A DNA stretch of 64,000 nucleotides from Oscillospiraceae bacterium (GTDB lineage Bacteria; Bacillota; Clostridia; Oscillospirales; Acutalibacteraceae). The notes under the pieces are model-generated. The model was not told the origin of the DNA and searched no databases. It saw only the letters and a program-made list of their open reading frames with translations. Position 1 is the first letter of the stretch. Each line of letters begins with the position of its first letter. A program made the translations under genes and the position numbers. The DNA lies in assembly GCA_015066595.1 (NCBI GenBank), contig SVNZ01000003.1, positions 112,836-176,835 of the forward strand, in the 5' to 3' direction. Below, piece after piece: positions 18,007 to 26,814 of the stretch.

Positions 18007-18108
18007 ATGAAAAGAATTATAGCACTTATCTTAGCAGTTTTAATGTCAATGGCATTGTTTGTCGGTTGTGGTGGTGACGAAGCGTTCTACACAGAAAGTG
18101 GTTATTAA
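18007..18108 (+). pseudogene. 33-aa lipoprotein ORF; apparently an internally deleted paralog of 17442-17972
   Basis: Manual translation MKRIIALILAVLMSMALFVGCGGDEAFYTESGY*; both ends resemble the upstream gene. Confidence 0.6.
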
Positions 18109-18176
18109 GAAGTAAAGACACTCTAGTTTGAGTGGCTTTTTATAAAGAATAAGTATAATTTGAAAGGAGCAATAGT

Positions 18177-18905
18177 ATGCTGAAATATTCTATCGAAGGC
18201 GGTAGCCTTCCTGTTGTTATTTGTTACCCAGAGGCTAACCAGACCATCTGTACAGAGAGTGGTTCTATGAGTTGGATGAGTCCTAATATGAAGATGGAAA
18301 CCAACTCAGGTGGCGGATTTAAGAAGATGATGGGCAGACTTTTCTCAGGCGATTCAATCTTTATGAACGAATACACCCCACAAGGTGCTAGCGGTATGAT
18401 AGCTTTTGCATCGAGCTTCCCTGGTTCTATCATCCCATATGAGGTTACTCCGGGCAACGGCATCATCGTGCAAAAATCAGGTTTCTTAGCAATGGAAAAG
18501 GGTCTTGAGCTGTCAATATACTTCCAGAAGAAGCTCGGCAAAGGTTTCTTCGGTGGTGAAGGCTTTATTATGCAGAAGATTACAGGTAACGGCTTAGTTT
18601 TCCTTGAAATCGATGGTTACTGCAAGGAATACGAGCTCGGCGTAGGTGAGAGCATCGTATTAGATACTGGCTACCTTGCTGCTATGAGCGAGAGCTGTAC
18701 TATGGATATTCAGTCTGTCAAGGGTGTCAAGAATATGCTCTTCGGTGGCGAGGGATTATTCAACACTGTAGTTACAGGCCCTGGTAAGGTTTATGTTCAG
18801 TCTATGCCTGTTATCAACACAGCAAATGCTTTGTCACCATATTTGCAGACAAATTCGTCAGGAGATAGCGGTGGCGGAATCAACATCAAACTTGGCGGTG
18901 ACTAA
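18177..18905 (+). CDS. AIM24/TIGR00266-family protein
   Basis: ESGSMSWMS, GESIF-like GDSIFMNEY, FGGEGF repeats, GPGKVYVQSMP. Confidence 0.88.
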   Translation: MLKYSIEGGSLPVVICYPEANQTICTESGSMSWMSPNMKMETNSGGGFKKMMGRLFSGDSIFMNEYTPQGASGMIAFASSFPGSIIPYEVTPGNGIIVQKSGFLAMEKGLELSIYFQKKLGKGFFGGEGFIMQKITGNGLVFLEIDGYCKEYELGVGESIVLDTGYLAAMSESCTMDIQSVKGVKNMLFGGEGLFNTVVTGPGKVYVQSMPVINTANALSPYLQTNSSGDSGGGINIKLGGD

Positions 18906-18916
18906 AATTTATCTAT

Positions 18917-18952
18917 AAACTCCGAAAGAGCACAACTCTTTCGGAGTTTTTT
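18917..18952 (+). terminator. Intrinsic terminator
   Basis: AAACTCCGAAAGAG / CTCTTTCGGAGTTT plus T-run. Confidence 0.85.
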
Positions 18953-19039
18953 GTTATCATATTGACGAAACTGTAACTGGTTAAAAAGTATATCACAAGT
19001 TATACTTAAAGTGTAAAAATACATCTTGAAAGGACGATT

Positions 19040-20221
19040 GTGATGAAAAAATTGTTAGTAGTTTTACTCGCAATAACTCTTGTTATGATGTCAGTAGTGC
19101 CTGCATTTGCTGCTGAAAATGATGTAGTAGCTACACAGAGCTCACCTGACCAGGTGACACCTGACTCAAGAGTACAGCAGTTATACAATGCTTTTGTAGA
19201 ACTGAAAAACACGCTTTATGGTAATGATCTTACAGCCTTTTTGAACGCATACGATGATTTTGAAGCAATCTCTACATCTATTGATACGCTCACTGACGAA
19301 GAGGCAGAAGAGCTTGTTGCACTTTTTGGTTCTGATATGGAAGGTATGGTAGAAGAACTGCTTACTGTTGCGATAGTTGCGGGCTTTGTGAAGGGTGTGT
19401 ATTTGGACTGTGAAGAGTTCAAAGCTACCCCTAACACATCAACAGCTGTTATGGTTATAGAAGATTTAGAGTCCATAGCTTTTAACGAAGAAATCGAAGA
19501 TGATGAGTTTTCAAAAGCTATCAGAAATCTGATTTCTGATATTGATGAGGTTTATAAAGAAGCTCTTGAGTATAAGCCTACTGATAGAGTGTATAAGTTG
19601 TATGAAAGTTACTATGATATGTTAGACCTGCTAGAGTGGTATTTATACGAAGACCTTGAAGAAACAACCAAGGAGTTTCGTGATGCTTACAATAGTATAG
19701 ATGAGTTTACTGATGAAGAAAAAGACCAGATCAGTGCGCTTATCGGACTACCGTTTGAAGAAGCTATTGGACTTATGGTTAGTGACTATATAGAAGCGTG
19801 TATAATAGTAGATACAGGCAAGATTTATGATGCATATATTGACAACCCATGCAAAGATACAGCACAGGCACTTGTGGATCAGTATGACGGAATTTTTAAT
19901 GACCCTAGCTTTAGTGATGAATATCTTGAGGACCTTATAGGTGAATACTTCTATGACTTAGAGGAGCTTTATCTGGAAGCGAAAGCGATGCTTGAGAAAG
20001 ACGACGATGATAGTGACGATGAGGATGATACAGTAAGCGGTGGAGATAAAGAAGACAAGAAGCCACAAAAAGGTGCGGATTCAACAAAGACAGAAGAATC
20101 AACAAAAGTGAATACAGCTGCTGTAAAAACAGGTGATACTACAATTGCTGTTATCTATTTTGCATTTTCACTCATCGTACTTGCAGTTTTCTGTTTTATT
20201 AAAAAAAGAACCAATAACTAA
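19040..20221 (+). CDS. Secreted, very acidic protein with two tandem helical repeats and a sortase-like C-terminus
   Basis: Signal peptide AFA-A; internal repeat; VKTGD + TM + KKR. Confidence 0.75.
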   Translation: MMKKLLVVLLAITLVMMSVVPAFAAENDVVATQSSPDQVTPDSRVQQLYNAFVELKNTLYGNDLTAFLNAYDDFEAISTSIDTLTDEEAEELVALFGSDMEGMVEELLTVAIVAGFVKGVYLDCEEFKATPNTSTAVMVIEDLESIAFNEEIEDDEFSKAIRNLISDIDEVYKEALEYKPTDRVYKLYESYYDMLDLLEWYLYEDLEETTKEFRDAYNSIDEFTDEEKDQISALIGLPFEEAIGLMVSDYIEACIIVDTGKIYDAYIDNPCKDTAQALVDQYDGIFNDPSFSDEYLEDLIGEYFYDLEELYLEAKAMLEKDDDDSDDEDDTVSGGDKEDKKPQKGADSTKTEESTKVNTAAVKTGDTTIAVIYFAFSLIVLAVFCFIKKRTNN

Positions 20222-20230
20222 GTGATCTTA

Positions 20231-20266
20231 TAAACTCCGAGAAAACTCTCGGAGTTTATTTTTTTT
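20231..20266 (+). terminator. Intrinsic terminator
   Basis: TAAACTCCGAGA / TCTCGGAGTTTA plus T-run. Confidence 0.85.
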
Positions 20267-20272
20267 GGAAAA

Positions 20273-20336
20273 ATGTAAAGTGAGCTTGACATTTAATGAA
20301 TGACATGTTATTATTTATGTAAAGGTAACTTTACAT
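20273..20336 (+). promoter_or_regulatory. sigmaA promoter flanked by two operators
   Basis: ATGTAAAG-N4-CTTGACAT (20273) and ATGTAAAG-N4-CTTTACAT (20317); TTGACA(20286)-17-TATTAT(20309). Confidence 0.85.
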
Positions 20337-20355
20337 CTACTGTATTGAGGTGAAT

Positions 20356-20553
20356 ATGAAAAACAAAGTTGAAGAACTCAGAAAGAATAAGGGCATAAAA
20401 CAAGACGAGCTTGCTAAAATTCTAGGAGTATCACGCCAGACTATAAGCTCACTTGAAACGGGAAAATATAATCCCTCAATTATGCTCGCATATAAAATAG
20501 CAAGAATATTTGATTTGACTATCGAAGATGTGTTTATCTTCGATGAAGAGTAG
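20356..20553 (+). CDS. Small XRE-family HTH regulator
   Basis: MKNKVEELRK...QDELAKILGVSRQTISSLETGKYNPS. Confidence 0.93.
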   Translation: MKNKVEELRKNKGIKQDELAKILGVSRQTISSLETGKYNPSIMLAYKIARIFDLTIEDVFIFDEE

Positions 20554-20562
20554 GAGGTAACT

Positions 20563-20973
20563 ATGAAGTGTGATAAAGCTATGAGAAGAATGTTTTTGAG
20601 TATAGCGTGGATAATAGTAGGCGCTGTGATATTTGTGCTAGGTATTATAGGTACTCTGGACGAATTCTGGAGTGGTTTTGGTGGAGCGCTGTTGGCGGTC
20701 GGAACACTCCAGCTTATAAGACACATTCGCTATCGGATCAATGAAGAGTATAAAGAAAAAGTTGATGTACAAGTAAACGACGAGCGCAATAAATTTTTAT
20801 CGAGTCAGGCGTGGGCTTGGACCGGATATATCTTTATTTTGTGTGCTGCAGCAGGTGCTATTACCTTCAGTGTGATGGGCAAATATGAGCTGTGTTATTT
20901 GTGTGCGACAGCGATTTCTCTGATGGTGGTTATTTACTTTGTTGCTTATATGATACTCAAGCGCAAATACTGA
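20563..20973 (+). CDS. Four-TM membrane protein (DUF2178-like, DER motif)
   Basis: TM-TM-NDERN-TM-TM layout, coupled to the HTH gene. Confidence 0.7.
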   Translation: MKCDKAMRRMFLSIAWIIVGAVIFVLGIIGTLDEFWSGFGGALLAVGTLQLIRHIRYRINEEYKEKVDVQVNDERNKFLSSQAWAWTGYIFILCAAAGAITFSVMGKYELCYLCATAISLMVVIYFVAYMILKRKY

Positions 20974-21027
20974 TAAAAAGGATAAATCAAATTTGCTTGG
21001 CAACAATAGATTTATTATAGTATTCTG

Positions 21028-21969
21028 GTGATTGTTTTGATTATTATTTCTATACTACTTATTGTAGTGGCGGTGACGATAGCCGCATTCTATGTTTATT
21101 ATGTGGCTTTTTACTCTCGTAAAAAAGGTCAGGACAATATCTACGCCATCCCTGTGGGAGAGCAATACGAGCCCCACAAAGAGCGTATGCTCTCGCTTAT
21201 AGACGCACTCGTCAAAAGAGAGTACGAAGATGTATATATTAAGTCATACGATGGGCTGACTCTTCACGGTAGGTACTATCACTACAAAGACGGTGCTCCG
21301 CTGAATATCGGCTTTCATGGATACAGAGCGACAGCTTTGCGTGACTTTTGTGTCGGTGCTAACGAGAGCCTGAATAGAGGTCACAACCTGATACTTATTG
21401 ACCAGCGAGGTCAGGGGAAAAGCACAGGGCACACCATCACAATGGGTGTAAAAGAACACCGTGATGTGCTATCTTGGGTGGAGTATGCGTGTGAACGTTT
21501 TTCAAAAGATGTAAAGATAGTGATATACGGAGTGTCTATGGGTGCTTCTTCGGTTGTTATGGCAACATCTCTTGATTTGCCTCCCAATGTAAAAGGCATT
21601 ATTGCAGACTGTCCGTACAACTCTCCAAAGGATATTATACTCAATGTCGCAAAAGAAGATATGAAAATAAGCCCTAAGCTTGCATATCCTTTTGTGTGGC
21701 TTGCAGCAAAAGTGTTCGGCAAATTTGACATAAATTCCATCACCTGTGCAGATGCAGTTAAAAAGTCAAAAATCCCCGTGATGATAATTCACGGAGAAGA
21801 CGACCGCTATGTTCCGTGTGAGATGAGCAAAGTCATAGCAGATGCTAACCCATCGTTTGTTACGCGCTACACATTTCCAACAGCCGGCCATGGGTTGAGT
21901 TTTCTATGTGACACGCAAAGATATCGTGAGCTCACTGAACCGTTCTACAAAAAATGTTGTGAAGATTAA
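21028..21969 (+). CDS. Membrane-anchored alpha/beta hydrolase
   Basis: N-terminal TM, FHGY, GVSMG nucleophile elbow, IHGEDD, AGHG. Confidence 0.9.
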   Translation: MIVLIIISILLIVVAVTIAAFYVYYVAFYSRKKGQDNIYAIPVGEQYEPHKERMLSLIDALVKREYEDVYIKSYDGLTLHGRYYHYKDGAPLNIGFHGYRATALRDFCVGANESLNRGHNLILIDQRGQGKSTGHTITMGVKEHRDVLSWVEYACERFSKDVKIVIYGVSMGASSVVMATSLDLPPNVKGIIADCPYNSPKDIILNVAKEDMKISPKLAYPFVWLAAKVFGKFDINSITCADAVKKSKIPVMIIHGEDDRYVPCEMSKVIADANPSFVTRYTFPTAGHGLSFLCDTQRYRELTEPFYKKCCED

Positions 21970-21983
21970 ATGATACAAAAGCA

Positions 21984-22016
21984 AAGGCAGTGGAGATTTT
22001 CTCTACTGTCTTTTTT
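21984..22016 (+). terminator. Intrinsic terminator
   Basis: AAGGCAGTGGAGA / TCTCTACTGTCTT plus T-run. Confidence 0.75.
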
Positions 22017-22247
22017 ACATATAAATTCGACTGTGTTTTGTGTGTTTTGCACAGTAGGTTGTATGTTTTGCACAAAGAGATTACTTCATAATTATTCAAT
22101 GGGTCAAACTTTTTTTATGTGATATCATTTTTATTGTATATTTTGTCCATTTGTAATATAATTATAAGGTGTTCACATAGGGAATTGTGAAAAATGACCG
22201 AAAAAGTTATTTTCGCTTTTCCTACAACGAAAGGAGTTGTTTTCATT

Positions 22248-24323
22248 ATGAAACAATATGACGCAAAACACATACTTAATATCGCTATGGCGGGTCATTC
22301 GGGCGCAGGTAAAACATCTGTTGCAGAGGCTATGCTGTATCTATCAAAGGCTTCTGACAGACTCGGTAAGATTTCCGATGGCAACACAATGCTCGACTAT
22401 GACGCTGAAGAAATAAAGAGAAAGGTTTCTGTACTTACAGCAGTTGCACCGGTTGAGTGGAAAAATATGAAAATCAACCTTATCGACACTCCTGGTCTTT
22501 TTGACTTTGAGGGTGGTATCTGTGAGGGCTATCGTGCGGCTGAAACAGCTATGATCGTTGTATCAGCTAAAGACGGTGTCAATGTTGGTACAGAAAAAGC
22601 AGTTAAAGCTGCTGACAAAGCTGGTCTTACAAAGATTTTCTTTGTAAACGGTGTGTGTGATGAGGATGCTCGTTTCTACCGTGTACTTGAAGATCTCAAA
22701 GCTACATTCGGTCCGTCCGTATGTCCTGTTATCGTTCCTCATATCGAAAACGGTCAGGCTAATACATACATCAACCTATTTGAGTACAAGGCTTATACTT
22801 ATGACAAGTCTGCTAACGCTACTCCATCTGATATTTTACCTGAGATGGGTGACAGACTCGAGGGACTTCGAGAAGCTATCAAAGAAGCTGTTGCTGAAAC
22901 ATCTGAAGAGCTCATGGAGAAGTTCTTTGAGGGTGAAGAGTTCACTCCTGAAGAAATTATCTTAGGTGTAAGTCAGGGTGTAAAAGACGGTTCTCTTTGT
23001 CCTGTATTCTGTGGTGACGCTCACTCTACGTTTGGTATCGAGCAGTTTATGAACTCACTTTCATGGCTTGCTCCTACTGCTGCTGACAAGGGCGCAGAAG
23101 TAGCTGTTGACGTCAACGGTGATCCTGTTGACATCGCTGTCAACGAAGCAGGCGCTGCTGCTGCAGTTGTATTTAAGACTGTTGCTGACCCATTTGTTGG
23201 TAAGCTTTCATACTTCAAGGTGGTTTCAGGTAAGGTTTCTACTGAATCCCCACTTGTTAATATGCGTACAGGCAAGGAAGAGCGTATCACTAAGGTTTTG
23301 ACCGTTAAAGGTAAGAAGCAGGAAGACGCACAGTACATCGGCGCAGGTGATATCGGTGCTATTCCAAAGCTTCAAGCTACTGTAACAGGTGACACTCTCT
23401 GTGCTCCAACACGCCGAGTTATCTTAGACGGCGTTGACTATCCTGCTCCATCATTCTCAATGGCTATGTATCCAAAGAAGAAGGGCGAAGAAGACAAGGT
23501 CGCACAGGGCCTCGTTCGACTTGCAGAAGAAGATCCTACTATCAAGTTTGTCAACAACTCTGAAACAAAAGAAATGGTTGTTTCAGGTATGGGTGAACAG
23601 CATTTAGATGTTGTTGTATCAAAGCTCAAGAATAAATTTAACGTAGAAGTAGAACTCAAACAGCCTAAGGTTGCATATAGAGAAACTATCCGTTCAACAG
23701 CTGATGTACAGGGTCGTCACAAGAAGCAGTCCGGTGGTAGTGGTCAGTTCGGTGATGTATGGATCAAGTTTGAGCCATGTGATAGCGATTCACTCGAGTT
23801 TGAAGTACAGGTTGTCGGCGGTTCTGTTCCAAAGCAGTTCTATCCGGCTGTTGAAAAGGGTCTTAGAGATTCTATCAAGAAGGGTCCACTCGCTGGCTAC
23901 CCTGTAGTAGGCGTTAAGGCTATCCTTCACGATGGTTCTTCTCATCCTGTTGATTCTAACGAAATGGCGTTCAAGATGGCAGCACAGATCGCTTTCAAGA
24001 ACGGTATCCCACAGGCTAAACCTACTTTGCTTGAGCCTATCGGTGCTCTTAAAGCTAACGTTCCTGATGCTAATATGGGCGATATCATGGGCGAAGTCAA
24101 CAAGCGCAGAGGTCGAGTACTCGGTATGAACGTGGGCGAAGACGGTATGCAGATTGTTGAAGCTGAAGTGCCTATGGCTGAGATGGCTGACTTTTCTGTA
24201 TATATGCGTCAGGTGACACAGGGTAGAGGCTCATTCTCATTTGAGTTTGAGCGTTATGAAGACGCACCTGCACAGGTTTCAGCAAAAGTTATCGAAGAAG
24301 CTAAAGCTAACGCAGAAGACTAA
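22248..24323 (+). CDS. Elongation factor G paralog (EF-G2-like) with degenerate G-motifs
   Basis: Five-domain EF-G layout (HKKQSGGSGQFGDV, DGSSHPVDSNEMAF, LLEPI); G1 GHSGAGKT, G3 DTPGL, G4 NGVC. Confidence 0.92.
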   Translation: MKQYDAKHILNIAMAGHSGAGKTSVAEAMLYLSKASDRLGKISDGNTMLDYDAEEIKRKVSVLTAVAPVEWKNMKINLIDTPGLFDFEGGICEGYRAAETAMIVVSAKDGVNVGTEKAVKAADKAGLTKIFFVNGVCDEDARFYRVLEDLKATFGPSVCPVIVPHIENGQANTYINLFEYKAYTYDKSANATPSDILPEMGDRLEGLREAIKEAVAETSEELMEKFFEGEEFTPEEIILGVSQGVKDGSLCPVFCGDAHSTFGIEQFMNSLSWLAPTAADKGAEVAVDVNGDPVDIAVNEAGAAAAVVFKTVADPFVGKLSYFKVVSGKVSTESPLVNMRTGKEERITKVLTVKGKKQEDAQYIGAGDIGAIPKLQATVTGDTLCAPTRRVILDGVDYPAPSFSMAMYPKKKGEEDKVAQGLVRLAEEDPTIKFVNNSETKEMVVSGMGEQHLDVVVSKLKNKFNVEVELKQPKVAYRETIRSTADVQGRHKKQSGGSGQFGDVWIKFEPCDSDSLEFEVQVVGGSVPKQFYPAVEKGLRDSIKKGPLAGYPVVGVKAILHDGSSHPVDSNEMAFKMAAQIAFKNGIPQAKPTLLEPIGALKANVPDANMGDIMGEVNKRRGRVLGMNVGEDGMQIVEAEVPMAEMADFSVYMRQVTQGRGSFSFEFERYEDAPAQVSAKVIEEAKANAED

Positions 24324-24340
24324 TACAAAATCGATAAATT

Positions 24341-24406
24341 AAGGCACCTGTTATTTCAGGTGCCTTGTTTGCATATAAAAACCCCGCGTGGATATTCACG
24401 CGGGGT
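24341..24406. terminator. Two hairpins between the convergent EF-G paralog and gpmI
   Basis: AAGGCACCTG/CAGGTGCCTT and ACCCCGCGTG/CACGCGGGGT. Confidence 0.8.
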
Positions 24407-24427
24407 AAATTATTGTGTATTATTTTA

Positions 24428-25942
24428 TTACTTAATAAGTGACTTGCCTGTCATTTCAACCGGCTGTGGAAGATCAAGAATCTCAAGCATAGTCGGTGCG
24501 ATATCAGCAAGACAACCGCCACTTCTTAATTCACAGTCCTTGCCGACCACAACAAATGGAACAGGGTTGGTTGTATGAGCTGTGAATGGTGAACCGTCTA
24601 CGTCATACATTTTGTCAGCGTTACCATGGTCAGCAGTGATGAGTGAGATACCACCCATCTCTTTTACTGCATCAGTCACAGCTTTGACACCCTTGTCAAC
24701 AGCTTCGACAGCTTTGACTGCTGCTTCGAAGATACCTGTGTGACCAACCATATCGCAGTTAGCAAAGTTAAGGATAATAACATCGTATTTGCCACTCTTT
24801 ACAGCTTCAACGCACTTGTCAGTAACTTCGTAAGCGCTCATATGAGGCTGGAGATCATATGTTGCGACCTTTGGAGAAGCAACGAGAATTCTGTCTTCGC
24901 CGTCGTACTGCTTTTCAACACCACCGTTGAAGAAGAATGTAACGTGAGCATACTTTTCTGTTTCAGCGATTCTAAGCTGTGTTTTGCCCGCTTTTGAAAG
25001 ATACTCACCCAAAGTGTTTTCTAAACTCTGTGGCTTAAAAGCAACCTCAACATTAGGCATAGTAGCATCGTACTGAGTCATACAAACATAGGTGAGAGGG
25101 AAGAAGCCTAATCTTCTCTCAAAGGCTGAAAATTCTTCGTCAACGAAAGTACGAGTGATTTCTCGTGCTCTGTCAGGGCGGAAGTTGAAGAATACAACTG
25201 AGTCACCCTCTGATATTCTCTTTGTACCCTCAATTACAGTAGGGATAACAAACTCGTCAGTGACGTCGTTTTCATAAGATTTAGCCACTGCGTCTACAGC
25301 ACAAGCGTTATGTTCGCCCTCACCGTAAACCATAGCAGCATAAGCTTTTTCTACACGCTCGAAGCGGTTATCTCTATCCATAGCGTAGTATCTGCCCATA
25401 ACTGATGCGATTTTACCTACGCCGATTTCGTTCATCTTTTCTACGCACTGTGCGACAAAATCTTTACCGCTTGACGGTGGAACATCACGTCCGTCCAGGA
25501 ATGCATGAACAAAAACGTCATTAAGACCTTTCTTTTTAGCCATCTCAAGGATACCGTAAAGATGAGAGTTGTGAGAGTGAACACCACCATCTGACAGCAG
25601 ACCGAAAAGGTGAAGTGATGTACCATTTTTCAGTGCATTGTCCATAGCAAGGTTGAGTGCCTTGTTTTGAAAGAAATCACCGTCTTCTATAGACTTTGTG
25701 ATTCTTGTCAGCTCCTGATATACAATACGACCTGCACCCATGTTAGTGTGACCAACTTCAGAGTTTCCCATCTGACCATCAGGCAGACCAACGTCCATAC
25801 CTGATGCACCAATCTGAGTGATAGGGTTAGAGCTGAAAATCTCATCAAGTGCCGGAGTGCTTGCAGCTTTGATAGCGTTGCCATCAACAGGAGCCACTCC
25901 AAAGCCATCCATAATAATCAAAGCAAGTGGTTTTTTTGCCAT
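24428..25942 (-). CDS. gpmI: 2,3-bisphosphoglycerate-independent phosphoglycerate mutase
   Basis: IIMDGFG, GQMGNSEVGH, FRPDRARE, NFANCDMVGHTG, TADHGNA. Confidence 0.98.
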   Translation of the reverse strand: MAKKPLALIIMDGFGVAPVDGNAIKAASTPALDEIFSSNPITQIGASGMDVGLPDGQMGNSEVGHTNMGAGRIVYQELTRITKSIEDGDFFQNKALNLAMDNALKNGTSLHLFGLLSDGGVHSHNSHLYGILEMAKKKGLNDVFVHAFLDGRDVPPSSGKDFVAQCVEKMNEIGVGKIASVMGRYYAMDRDNRFERVEKAYAAMVYGEGEHNACAVDAVAKSYENDVTDEFVIPTVIEGTKRISEGDSVVFFNFRPDRAREITRTFVDEEFSAFERRLGFFPLTYVCMTQYDATMPNVEVAFKPQSLENTLGEYLSKAGKTQLRIAETEKYAHVTFFFNGGVEKQYDGEDRILVASPKVATYDLQPHMSAYEVTDKCVEAVKSGKYDVIILNFANCDMVGHTGIFEAAVKAVEAVDKGVKAVTDAVKEMGGISLITADHGNADKMYDVDGSPFTAHTTNPVPFVVVGKDCELRSGGCLADIAPTMLEILDLPQPVEMTGKSLIK

Positions 25943-25968
25943 TGTAAAAATCCTCTCGAAAAAAGTAA

Positions 25969-26736
25969 TTATTTGCTTGCAGCTTCAACGATAGCAGCAA
26001 ATTTTTCAGCAACAAGTGAAGCACCGCCGATAAGACCACCGTCAACATTCTCTTTAGAGAGAAGCTCCTGGGCATTAGCATCGTTCATAGAGCCACCGTA
26101 CTGGATAGTAACGCTCTGTGCACATTTTTCACAGTAAAGGTCAGCGAGCACATTACGGATGATAGCACAAACTTCTTCAGCCTGATCTGCAGTTGCTGTA
26201 AGACCTGTGCCGATAGCCCATACAGGCTCATATGCGATAACAATTCTGCTAAGCTCTTCAGCAGAAACACCCTGTAAAGCAACCTTAGTCTGAAGTGAAA
26301 CTGTCTCAGCTGTGATGCCCTGCTCACGCTCTTTTAAAAGTTCACCTACGCAAAGGATAACTGTAAGACCTGCATCAAGTGCAGCACGTACTCTGCTGTT
26401 TACTGTTTCGTCAGTTTCACCGAAGTACTGTCTGCGTTCTGAGTGACCGATGATAACATACTCGATACCCATAGCTTTGAGCATATTTGCTGAAATTTCA
26501 CCGGTGAAAGCACCGCTTTCTGCCCAGTGGCAGTTTTCAGCACCGATTTTTACATTTGTGCCAGCTGTTGCTTCTAATGCTGTCTGTAAATCTACAAAAG
26601 GAACACAAGCGATAACATCGCAGTCTGCGTCCTTAACGAGTGGAGTGATCTGTGAGAGAAGCTCTTTAGCTTCAGCTGGGGTTTTGTTCATTTTCCAGTT
26701 GCCGGCAATGATAGCCTTTCTAACTGCTTTGTTCAT
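25969..26736 (-). CDS. tpiA: Triosephosphate isomerase
   Basis: AGNWKMN, IGHSERR, AYEPVWAIGTG, GGASL. Confidence 0.99.
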   Translation of the reverse strand: MNKAVRKAIIAGNWKMNKTPAEAKELLSQITPLVKDADCDVIACVPFVDLQTALEATAGTNVKIGAENCHWAESGAFTGEISANMLKAMGIEYVIIGHSERRQYFGETDETVNSRVRAALDAGLTVILCVGELLKEREQGITAETVSLQTKVALQGVSAEELSRIVIAYEPVWAIGTGLTATADQAEEVCAIIRNVLADLYCEKCAQSVTIQYGGSMNDANAQELLSKENVDGGLIGGASLVAEKFAAIVEAASK

Positions 26737-26814
26737 AGTAATTACCTCTTTATTAAAAAATATTTATTTCAAATTTAAGGGCGGAACTAAGTCCGCCCTA
26801 TCGTATATCAAAAA

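Noticed and set aside
18177-21969. Toxin-antitoxin or anti-phage defence system among the small accessory genes
   Set aside because: No nuclease, NTPase, TIR/SIR2 or toxin motif recognised; the HTH-membrane pair looks like an ordinary autoregulated module.
22248-24323. TetM/TetO-type ribosomal protection protein
   Set aside because: Length and domain IV motifs (HKKQSGGSGQFGDV, HPVDSNEMAF) are EF-G-like, and there is no mobile context.
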